Part shown: positions 25,979 through 33,616 of the stretch, piece after piece | Layout of the letters: every line of letters begins with the position of its first letter | How positions within the stretch are numbered: the first letter of the stretch is position 1 | Source: an uncultured Candidatus Saccharibacteria bacterium | GTDB taxonomy: Bacteria > Patescibacteriota > Minisyncoccia > Minisyncoccales > JANBVM01 | Length of the DNA: 64,000 bases | Reading direction: 5' to 3' | Assembly: GCA_964514375.1 (NCBI GenBank) | Contig: CAZEQH010000001.1 | Location: 17,303-81,302 of the forward strand | Program-made: the position numbers and the translations under genes | Notes under the pieces: model-generated | What the model saw: only the letters and a program-made list of their open reading frames with translations | The model's database searches: none | Told to the model about the DNA's origin: nothing

Positions 25979-27074
25979 CACTGCCTCCAGTCCCTCCGAT
26001 ATTGTGGCAGAGTCCCGTTCTTGGAACGGGATTTATTTGTCTTTCTTTTTCACATCTGCCCCTTATCTGCTTTGTAATCTCGTAAATCTGGGCCAGCCCT
26101 GTGACCGATATGGGATGTCCCTTGGCTTTTAGGCCCCCGGAAGTATTAACAGGAAGCGCACCGTCCCGGTTGATTTTTCCGGAACGGATAAGCGCGGCCC
26201 CCTTACCTTCAGCGCATAATCCCAGGTCTTCATAAGAAAATAATTCCACAGACGTGAAGGCATCGTGAACCTCAGCTATTTCAATATTCTCAGGCTTCAG
26301 CCCGGCCTGTTGGAAGGCCTGATGGGCGGCCTTTCCCGTAGCCAGAAAGTGATGCAGGTCTTTCCGGCCGAAGGTAAGCATGTGGTCTGTGGCGAATCCC
26401 GAGCCGATAATCTTGACGTCTGTTTTATCACGGGTGAGAACCGCCGCCGCTCCTCCGTTTACCGACAGGGAACAATCCATAAGACGGAGTGGGGAAGCTA
26501 CCACGGGAGAATTTTTAATTTTATCCAGAGATACGGGGCGCTGGTAAAAATAGGCCTTAGGATTAAGGGCCGCATTCTGGTGGTTCTTAAAGGCGACGAG
26601 GGCCAGATCATCCATAGAGGCCCCGTATTTTTGCATATACTGCTGCCATACCAAAGCATTCTGGACCGGAAATAAAAGCCCTTCCGTCTGTTCTATCATC
26701 CTTTCGGAAGCGGATAGTATCCAGTCAACGGTTACTTCACTTCTGTTGTCAACGAGCTTCTCCCCGCTTACTACCAGTACGTTGTTAAAACCTAAGCGGT
26801 TGGCCGTCCAGACAGCCACTCCTCCCCCTGCGCATACGGAAGGCAGCTCTATGATAGGGACATTGGTCTTGAATATATCGGATACCACTGATACCTTATG
26901 GGTTTGGTGTTCTCCTCCGGCTGCACTGGATACGGCCGAGATTACGATAGCATCCATGTCGGATATGCCCATGGAGGCATCCTCCAAGGCTTCCAAGGCA
27001 GCCTCAAAAGCCTGTTTCCACCAGGGTTTTTGGGAATAATCAAACTTTGTCATTCCTACTCCTTTGATATACAT
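25947..27074 (-). CDS. Thiolase-superfamily condensing enzyme, archaeal/SCP-x-like type
   Basis: 375 aa. Nucleophile region ELPSVCAGGGVA. C-terminal NTSGGLKAKGHPISVTGL and CHNIGGTGGS. No KAS-type motifs. Confidence 0.8.
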   Translation of the reverse strand: MYIKGVGMTKFDYSQKPWWKQAFEAALEALEDASMGISDMDAIVISAVSSAAGGEHQTHKVSVVSDIFKTNVPIIELPSVCAGGGVAVWTANRLGFNNVLVVSGEKLVDNRSEVTVDWILSASERMIEQTEGLLFPVQNALVWQQYMQKYGASMDDLALVAFKNHQNAALNPKAYFYQRPVSLDKIKNSPVVASPLRLMDCSLSVNGGAAAVLTRDKTDVKIIGSGFATDHMLTFGRKDLHHFLATGKAAHQAFQQAGLKPENIEIAEVHDAFTSVELFSYEDLGLCAEGKGAALIRSGKINRDGALPVNTSGGLKAKGHPISVTGLAQIYEITKQIRGRCEKERQINPVPRTGLCHNIGGTGGSVTVHILQRTV

Positions 27075-27087
27075 AGAAATAAAAAAA

Positions 27088-28872
27088 TTAGTTTTCTGGA
27101 AGCCAGCTTACAGTGAGGCACCCTGAGCCGAAACCGGCTGTACTGGCGGCAGGATTGGCACCTATGAAAGACACTTCTGCTTCCATTCTGCTTTTTAATT
27201 CCTTCTTCATTAATTCCGCCTCCTCGAAATTGTCGCTGTGGCCTATCAATATCCTGATTTTTTTACCGTCCTTCCTCTTTTTTTTACTGACCCTGATGGT
27301 TTTTTTGACTAGGGCCTGACGGTAATCTTCTGCCAATACCACACCTCCCTTCCTATACTGTCCCTTTTTAATTTCAAATAGGGGGTTGAGTTTGATTATC
27401 TTGTCAACGTTACGCGCCCATCTCACATAGGAAGATTTCATCCCCTCCACTTTATCAAGCAGTTTTAGGTCCTTTGCGGCGATATAGGAACGGACTTGTG
27501 GAATGAGCTCTCTGAGCTTTTTTATTATATCTTCCAGTTCCCACTGTTCCTGTATTAATTCTATAGCGCGCAGCAATATCAGAGATTCTCCTCCGGCAGT
27601 ATTCAGCGAATCTAATACGAAAACTCTTTTAGGGTTATCCAATCCTTTTTTTGCCTCCATGCCGTTTTTGAATGAATTGAAGATTTTGGAAGAACTGGTG
27701 ATACACAGCACTTTTTCAAAGTTTTTCAGCTGTTCCTGAAAGATTTTGAAATAATCATCTGCGTTCGGCGGAGAGAAGGAGGGCATAGAAAAATCTTTTC
27801 CCTCTTCCCTTGAATGAAAGAGGACACTGTCTTCAAGAGGGGGCACGCTTCGAAAACTAATTTTTTGGATTTGATATCTTTCTTCTATCTTGGGTAGCAG
27901 GAGCGCTTGGTTGTCGACCATCAATCCTATGGATATCGTTCTCAAAGATTGCTCTCCCGCTATTTCATTGGACATGTCTTCCATCCTCAGGTCCCGGATT
28001 TGCCCCAAATTCCTCATCACTTGTTTTACCTCTTCAGGATAATCGGTGTGGATATGTATTTTTATCCTATTTTTTACCCTGACAATGTCAAGGCAGTTGC
28101 CTAACCCTTTCAGTTTTTCCGTGATTTCCTGCTGACTGAAAGGAGAATCCTCAATCAGGGAAACTATTTCATATCTGTTGGACAGCACCTGGATGAATCT
28201 CTTGATTTGTTCTGCGGAAGATTCTTCCTTTTCTTCTGCCGCCGTTTCCTTTTTCCCTTCCAGTGTCTCCAGATAACTTTCTAGTATAACGAGAAATCCC
28301 AGGCCTCCCGCATCTACCACATTGGCTTTTTTAAAGATTTCCATCTTTTCCCTGGTTTCCATAAGGGCCTTCCCGGCATTCTCTTTCGCTCTCCTGAATA
28401 TTTTTATAAGGTCCTGTTCTTTTTTAGATTGCTCCCGGAAGGTTGCGGCCGCCTCATCAATTACGTCCAGTATGGTTCCATCTCTGGGATGCTGTATGCT
28501 TTCTCTCGCTCTGTCGGCTCCTTTTTCGAAACCTCTGGCTAATCTTTCGGCGTCCAAAGACTCCGGACTGGAGCTTGACGATATTCCCTCCAAGAATCCC
28601 GCTAAAAAGCCGGTATAAATTACACCGGCATTGCCTTGAGCCTGGCTCAGCGCTCCTTCCAGTATGGCATCGGCCAGGCTGGAGATATTTTCGAATTCTT
28701 TATTTTCGACAGCTTCTTTTATGCCGGACAGGGTCTTGGCGATATTATTGCCGGTATCCTGGTCCGGTACGGGAAAAACGTTTATTTTATTGATTTCTTC
28801 TTTTTCCTGTTCAATCTTGCTCCAAGAACTCAACATCATCTCCTTTAATTCTCTTTTTGTGAGATGTAGCAT
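27088..28872 (-). CDS. DAK2 (DhaL-like) domain fused to a DegV-like domain; FakA/YloV-like fatty acid kinase component
   Basis: N-terminal FPVPDQDTGNNIAKTL (DhaL nucleotide site). YloV-like middle (IHIHTDYPEEV). C-terminal DegV blocks (SFSPPNADDYF, CITSSSKIFNSF, VLDSLNTAGGESL). Confidence 0.75.
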   Translation of the reverse strand: MLHLTKRELKEMMLSSWSKIEQEKEEINKINVFPVPDQDTGNNIAKTLSGIKEAVENKEFENISSLADAILEGALSQAQGNAGVIYTGFLAGFLEGISSSSSPESLDAERLARGFEKGADRARESIQHPRDGTILDVIDEAAATFREQSKKEQDLIKIFRRAKENAGKALMETREKMEIFKKANVVDAGGLGFLVILESYLETLEGKKETAAEEKEESSAEQIKRFIQVLSNRYEIVSLIEDSPFSQQEITEKLKGLGNCLDIVRVKNRIKIHIHTDYPEEVKQVMRNLGQIRDLRMEDMSNEIAGEQSLRTISIGLMVDNQALLLPKIEERYQIQKISFRSVPPLEDSVLFHSREEGKDFSMPSFSPPNADDYFKIFQEQLKNFEKVLCITSSSKIFNSFKNGMEAKKGLDNPKRVFVLDSLNTAGGESLILLRAIELIQEQWELEDIIKKLRELIPQVRSYIAAKDLKLLDKVEGMKSSYVRWARNVDKIIKLNPLFEIKKGQYRKGGVVLAEDYRQALVKKTIRVSKKKRKDGKKIRILIGHSDNFEEAELMKKELKSRMEAEVSFIGANPAASTAGFGSGCLTVSWLPEN

Positions 28873-28981
28873 ATAAGTCCTATCTATTAACAGAATTTCA
28901 ATAATGCTGATGTGCTTCTATTGTCAGCATTGTTTCCGGAGGCGTTCAAATGACGGAGCGTTTGGTCAGTCGGCAGCATGC

Positions 28982-29635
28982 TTACTTGAACTTTTCCTCC
29001 AGTTCTTTCAGAATCCTGGCGGCCAAATCCTTTCCGCCCAGTCCGAAGGCTAATCCTACGGTTAAGGCGGTGGTAGCTACCATTCCTATGAAAATGGCTA
29101 AGATTAAAGGTTGGGTAATCCTTAATTGATAGAGGATGGCCAGTATGGCAAAAAACCAGATTATCCATCGTATAGAAGTGCCTAAAAATTTTGAGTAAAT
29201 TATTTTTTCCTTTTCCAGTGTCCCCACTACCACCTTTTGGGAAAAGTCTGCCAGGAAGGCTGCCACTATGAAAATCAATGCCGCCGTAAAGATGTTGGGC
29301 AGATAGATTATTACCTGTCGGAGCAAGGAACTAAACTGGCTTAGACCGAGAAGGTCAGAGGCGCTCATTAAAAACAGCAGTATGATGAACCATTTTATTA
29401 TTTCGCCAAAAAATTTGGCGCCGTCCAGTTCTATATCCAGCCTGGCGAAAGCAGAGTAGATTCCTATCCTTTTCAGGACTTGGTTGAGTCTGATTTTATA
29501 TAGGAAGGCCTTCACCAGGTTTTCTATAAACTTGGCGGCGAAAATTCCCACAAGGAAAAGAAAGCTTGCTCCCAAAATAGAGGGAGAAATACCGGTCAAA
29601 GTATTTAATAATGAGTTAAATATTTCTTGGAACAT
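28982..29635 (-). CDS. Multi-pass membrane protein (repeated conserved-TM-helix type)
   Basis: 217 aa, about five TM helices, two internally similar halves. No catalytic motif. Confidence 0.55.
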   Translation of the reverse strand: MFQEIFNSLLNTLTGISPSILGASFLFLVGIFAAKFIENLVKAFLYKIRLNQVLKRIGIYSAFARLDIELDGAKFFGEIIKWFIILLFLMSASDLLGLSQFSSLLRQVIIYLPNIFTAALIFIVAAFLADFSQKVVVGTLEKEKIIYSKFLGTSIRWIIWFFAILAILYQLRITQPLILAIFIGMVATTALTVGLAFGLGGKDLAARILKELEEKFK

Positions 29636-29646
29636 ATTGCCTTATT

Positions 29647-30207
29647 TTACCATTTTGCCTGATGGAGATTCAAGATGTAACCCAGCCTGTTTACTGCTAT
29701 ATGTAAGAAAAAGGTTAACAGCAGCAGGGTAATCCAAACGGTCATAGGAATGTTAACTATAGGAAAGAGGGTTAATATAAAAGACGAGCCGATGACGTAA
29801 TTAGTCTGGTCGAAGGGAATGAATGGAGCTCCTGGTTTCAGATTTAACCTTCTCTTGACTAAGGCAAACAAAACATCTCCTGCCACAGCTCCTCCCGAAA
29901 GCAGGAGTCCGAGCGCCGGTATGTTAACCTGGCGGTAATTAAAGAGGCTTATATCTGCGAATGCTGGAAAGCGGAAAAGCCAGGACTGGAAGAAGATTAC
30001 GATTAGCCCTGCAATAACGCCGCAGACAGCTCCCCGCCATGTTTTATGGGAACCCAGCAGAGGTTTTCCATCTACAAAAATTTTCCCAAAATCTATGGGT
30101 TTATCAAGAAAATTTAACAGACCCAGTTTCTTGGCAAGAGGAGGCGTCATATTGGTGAAATAGGCCGGGAGGAAAAAATAAAAGCTGGAAATCAGCAGCT
30201 TGAACAT
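29647..30207 (-). CDS. CDP-archaeol synthase (CarS/DUF46)-like CTP transferase
   Basis: FLPAYFTNMTPPL...PIDFGKIFVDGKPLLGSHKTWRG matches the archaeal CarS signature as I recall it (PAYxAN...PID.G...G.R.LG..KTWRG). 186 aa, multi-pass. Confidence 0.65.
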   Translation of the reverse strand: MFKLLISSFYFFLPAYFTNMTPPLAKKLGLLNFLDKPIDFGKIFVDGKPLLGSHKTWRGAVCGVIAGLIVIFFQSWLFRFPAFADISLFNYRQVNIPALGLLLSGGAVAGDVLFALVKRRLNLKPGAPFIPFDQTNYVIGSSFILTLFPIVNIPMTVWITLLLLTFFLHIAVNRLGYILNLHQAKW

Positions 30208-30249
30208 GATTAGCTTATTTGAGATTTGGTTTTATGTTAAGATTAATCT

Positions 30250-30930
30250 ATGAAATGCGATTTTCACGTGCATACCTGTTATTCCTATGATAGCACTTCT
30301 CATCCTCATCAAGTAGTGCAGAGGGCATTGGAAAAAGGAATCGGATGTTTAGCCGTTACCGACCACGGAGAAATAAGGGGAGCTTCGGCCGCGAAAAAGT
30401 ATGCATCCGATAAATCAGTTTTAATTATAACGGGTATTGAGGTCAAGAGTAAATCGGGCGATATTATAGGGTTGGATGTGAAAAAGATTATTCCCGACGG
30501 CTTGTCGGCATCCGAAACCATAGCCGCAATTAAAGAACAGGGAGGATTGGCCGTCGTTCCTCATCCCTTTTCCCGCATTTACGGCTTTAGAAGCGACATA
30601 TCAGATTTTATCGGGCAAATAGACGCCCTGGAGGTCAGGAATGCCCTATTATCCAAACATGAAAACGAAAAAGCCTGGCAGTGCGCCAAAGAATACGGTC
30701 TCGCTTTTACAGCGGGTTCTGACGCCCATTCTCTGGAAGGTCTTGGACGGGTTTTTCTTGAAATCCCCGGCATCAACCTTAATGAAGAACAGATTCTGGA
30801 GGCGGTGAAATTGAAAAATGGAGTGCCTCGAGGGTCAGAAGCAAATTTTACGGAGAAGGCCGTGAGCTTCTGCCAGAGGACTTTTGCTAAAATAAGTCAT
30901 TATGCTGGAGCAAAAAAGGCAAAAATTTAA
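30250..30930 (+). CDS. PHP-domain metal-dependent phosphoesterase
   Basis: MKCDFHVHTCYSYDS, AVTDHGE, VVPHPF, GSDAHS, the PHP His/Asp ligand set. Confidence 0.85.
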   Translation: MKCDFHVHTCYSYDSTSHPHQVVQRALEKGIGCLAVTDHGEIRGASAAKKYASDKSVLIITGIEVKSKSGDIIGLDVKKIIPDGLSASETIAAIKEQGGLAVVPHPFSRIYGFRSDISDFIGQIDALEVRNALLSKHENEKAWQCAKEYGLAFTAGSDAHSLEGLGRVFLEIPGINLNEEQILEAVKLKNGVPRGSEANFTEKAVSFCQRTFAKISHYAGAKKAKI

Positions 30931-31498
30931 ATTTGCCGAAGAAAGGATTGGGAGCTTTTTTGCTAAATTCGGGTTGAACGCCAATAACTATACCGTAATT
31001 TCTATCTTTTTAATTTTACTTTCTTTTTATTTTCTAAGCAGGGCCGATTTTATTCCATCCCTAATCTTTTTTCTGGCGGCAGGTTTCATGGATTTGGTTG
31101 ACGGGGCAGTAGCCCGGTTCAATAAAAAAGCTTCCAAGAGAGGAGCTTATCTGGACACCGTCTGCGACCGTTATGTTGAGGGGATAATCTTTTTAGGATT
31201 CCTTACCCTGCCCCTGCCTTACTATTTTTCTATTCCGGCCAAGGTATGGATATTTATTGCCTTTTTCGGCTCGCTTATGACAACCTATGCCAAGGCCGCA
31301 GCCAAGGAAAAAGGATTAGTTTCAGAGGAATTAAAGAAAGGCCTATTGGGCAGAGGAGAGAGGATGATTCTGATTGCTCTGGCCATGGTTCTCGGGGCTT
31401 TCAACATTTATTGGATCCTCTATCCTATTATCGCGCTGGCTGTTTTTTCCAATCTCACGGCTCTCCAGCGCATTTATCTATCCCTCGCTCCAAGATAA
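30902..31498 (+). CDS. CDP-alcohol phosphatidyltransferase
   Basis: DLVDGAVARFNKKASKRGAYLDTVCDRYVEG fits DGxxAR...G...D...D. 198 aa, multi-pass. 29-nt overlap with the PHP gene. Confidence 0.85.
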   Translation: MLEQKRQKFKFAEERIGSFFAKFGLNANNYTVISIFLILLSFYFLSRADFIPSLIFFLAAGFMDLVDGAVARFNKKASKRGAYLDTVCDRYVEGIIFLGFLTLPLPYYFSIPAKVWIFIAFFGSLMTTYAKAAAKEKGLVSEELKKGLLGRGERMILIALAMVLGAFNIYWILYPIIALAVFSNLTALQRIYLSLAPR

Positions 31499-32362
31499 GG
31501 CCAGGGCATCGGGGCCCGCTATGGCGCCTACCACGTTGTTGACCAGATTAATAAAAATAATCTGGCTGTTTTTAATCTCCTGCTCAACCATACCTTTTAG
31601 GCGGTTAGCAGCTGCCAGGTTGTCTCCGTGGGTGATAACCACTCTTATACGCTGGCCCTCAGCTGCGGATTTTTTAGTCTTCTCCTGAATTGTTTTGGCC
31701 AGGGCAACGGCCGTGTCTTTGGCTCCGAACTTCACTCCCATAGGTTTTAAGGCTCCTTTCTGCATTCCGATTACCGGACGGATTCCCACGTTTCCCATTT
31801 TTCTTACCCATCCTGCTACTGTAGAAGACATGCGGCCGGAAAATTCTATCCATTTGGGGTCCTGGAACACTATAGTAAGGTGCGTCCTGTCCCGCCAGAA
31901 TTTTTCCAGGTTTTCCGCAATCTGCCCGGCGTTTAATTCCCCTTGTTCCAGAAGCTCTTGGGCTTTCAAAACCATAAGGGCTTCGGCTCCGCTGGCGTTT
32001 AAGGAGTCTACCACGAAAACCTTCTCTCTCTTTTCGGCAGGCAGGAATTTTTTCGCCTGTATGGCGGAATTATAGGTTCCGGAAAGCTTGGAGACTATGG
32101 TGACGCATATTAATTCTTCAAATTTTTCAAATTGCTTATTATAAACGTCCAGAAAATTCTTGGGAGAGGGCTGGGACGTTTTACCGAAGGTTTTCATTCC
32201 TCTTTTTTCTACCTCTCTCATTTTTTGATAAACGTTTTCTCCGGGCAGGTCCTGGATTTCCGGCCAGTCTAATTTGACCGGCACTACCCCTATGTCGTAT
32301 TTTTCTATTATTTCATGGGTTAAATCTGCGCCTTCGTCTGTCACTAATCCGATTTTTTCCAT
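31478..32362 (-). CDS. DegV family fatty-acid-binding protein (FakB-like)
   Basis: IGLVTDEGADL, TSQPSPKNFLDVY, VSKLSGTYNSA, VVDSLNASGAEAL. 294 aa. Confidence 0.9.
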   Translation of the reverse strand: MEKIGLVTDEGADLTHEIIEKYDIGVVPVKLDWPEIQDLPGENVYQKMREVEKRGMKTFGKTSQPSPKNFLDVYNKQFEKFEELICVTIVSKLSGTYNSAIQAKKFLPAEKREKVFVVDSLNASGAEALMVLKAQELLEQGELNAGQIAENLEKFWRDRTHLTIVFQDPKWIEFSGRMSSTVAGWVRKMGNVGIRPVIGMQKGALKPMGVKFGAKDTAVALAKTIQEKTKKSAAEGQRIRVVITHGDNLAAANRLKGMVEQEIKNSQIIFINLVNNVVGAIAGPDALALSWSEG

Positions 32363-32405
32363 AGTATGAAAATCATTTTAAATTAATTTGAAAGCGACCT
32401 TTTCC

Positions 32406-32798
32406 TTAAATGGCCAGATGCCTGACCGCGGCTTTCTTTTTTTCAAAGTTGATGTTGACGGCTATAACACCTATCTCCCATTTTGAGTCCAGAGGTATTT
32501 TGTTCTTTGCCAGCCAGTATTCCGCGCTCCTGATTATCTTTTTCCTTTTGGCTGAATTTACTTTTTCTTCTGGACGTACCGGTCCATTCAGAGAAGACAG
32601 CGTCTTCACTTCCATAAAGGAGATAACATCATCCTTTTTGGCCACGATATCCAGTTCCCCTTTCTGGGGTCCCCGGGATGTGCGGAAGCAGAAATTGGTG
32701 TCCAGTATGCGGTAACCTTTCTTTTCAAGATAGGAACGGGCGATTTTTTCTCCCAGCTCCCCGACCTTCTTGGTTTTCATAAAATGGTTTCGAGCCAT
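32406..32798 (-). CDS. YraN/UPF0102 family endonuclease-like protein
   Basis: GELGEKIARSYLEKKGYRILDTNF...GELDIVAKK...FMEVKT. Start trimmed to ATG 32798, because the track ORF runs into tRNA-Ala. Confidence 0.75.
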   Translation of the reverse strand: MARNHFMKTKKVGELGEKIARSYLEKKGYRILDTNFCFRTSRGPQKGELDIVAKKDDVISFMEVKTLSSLNGPVRPEEKVNSAKRKKIIRSAEYWLAKNKIPLDSKWEIGVIAVNINFEKKKAAVRHLAI

Positions 32799-32811
32799 AT
32801 TATAAAGATTT

Positions 32812-32885
32812 TGGTGGACCTGACGGGAATCGAACCCATGTCTCTGCAATGCGAATGCAGTGCTCTGCCCCTGAGCTACAGGCCC
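32812..32885 (-). tRNA. tRNA-Ala (CGC), CCA encoded
   Basis: Acceptor GGGCCTG/CAGGTCC with G3:U70, anticodon stem CTGCA/TGCAG with loop TTCGCAT, 3-prime ACCA. Confidence 0.9.
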
Positions 32886-33511
32886 TCTATAATTTTCCGG
32901 AGTTCAGTCAGTGAAGTTGTCTTAGTCCCTCGGTAATCGGCCAATTTGTTTTTCCGGTCGATTAAAATTGTCTTTATGCCTAATTTTTCAGCAGGGGCGA
33001 TGTCCCTTTCCGGGTCATCTCCTATCATTACTGCTTTGTCGGGATTTACTTGGAAACTTTTCAGCACCGTCAGGAAGACCTTGGGATCAGGCTTCAGGAA
33101 ACCCGTTTCCACCGGAGTGAAAATTTCCCCAAAATTTTTCAGTTCAGAACTTTCAACCAGGAACTTTGCGCTGTCGGTAAGAATAGTTTTCTTGCCGGGC
33201 AGTTTCAGGATTTCTTTTACGTCATCGTATAATTTATAGGCAATGTTTTCCCGGAGAAAATCCGCCAGTCTTATCATGTTTTTCTTTCTTTGATTGTCGC
33301 TGAAATCTTTCAAAAGCTGACGGCTGAAGTCTTCCCAGTTTTTTGCAAAACACATTAGTTTGGAAAAGGCGTGAGAAAATTTTTCGGCATCGGTCTCCCT
33401 TTTTATGTTGATGCCGAAAATCCCCAGCTGGGAAAAGAATTTCCGGGGTTCATAGTCTTCAGCGAAAGCCAGGGTATTCCAGAAGTCAAAAATTATAAGC
33501 TCAGGCTTCAT
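32876..33511 (-). CDS. HAD-superfamily hydrolase
   Basis: IIFDFWNTL (motif I variant), TDS (motif II), MIGDDPERD (motif IV). The stop TAG lies 10 nt inside the tRNA-Ala 5-prime end. Confidence 0.7.
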   Translation of the reverse strand: MKPELIIFDFWNTLAFAEDYEPRKFFSQLGIFGINIKRETDAEKFSHAFSKLMCFAKNWEDFSRQLLKDFSDNQRKKNMIRLADFLRENIAYKLYDDVKEILKLPGKKTILTDSAKFLVESSELKNFGEIFTPVETGFLKPDPKVFLTVLKSFQVNPDKAVMIGDDPERDIAPAEKLGIKTILIDRKNKLADYRGTKTTSLTELRKIIEGL

Positions 33512-33543
33512 GTCTATTTTAAGTTCCTGTCCTGATTATGCTT

Positions 33544-33614
33544 TCGGGATGCTGGGAATCGAACCCAGGCCGCAGGCTCCCGATGCCTGTGTACTACCGT
33601 TATACTACATCCCG
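33544..33614 (-). tRNA. tRNA-Pro (CGG), CCA not encoded
   Basis: Acceptor CGGGATG/CATCCCG, anticodon stem CAGGC/GCCTG with loop ATCGGGA, T-arm CTGGG-TTCGATT-CCCAG. Confidence 0.85.
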
Positions 33615-33616
33615 TA

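Noticed and set aside
28913-28941. Inverted repeat AATGCTGA...TCAGCATT between the membrane-protein gene and the DAK2::DegV gene
   Set aside because: 8-bp stem with a 13-nt loop and no convincing T-run on the minus strand. Too weak to call as a terminator or operator.
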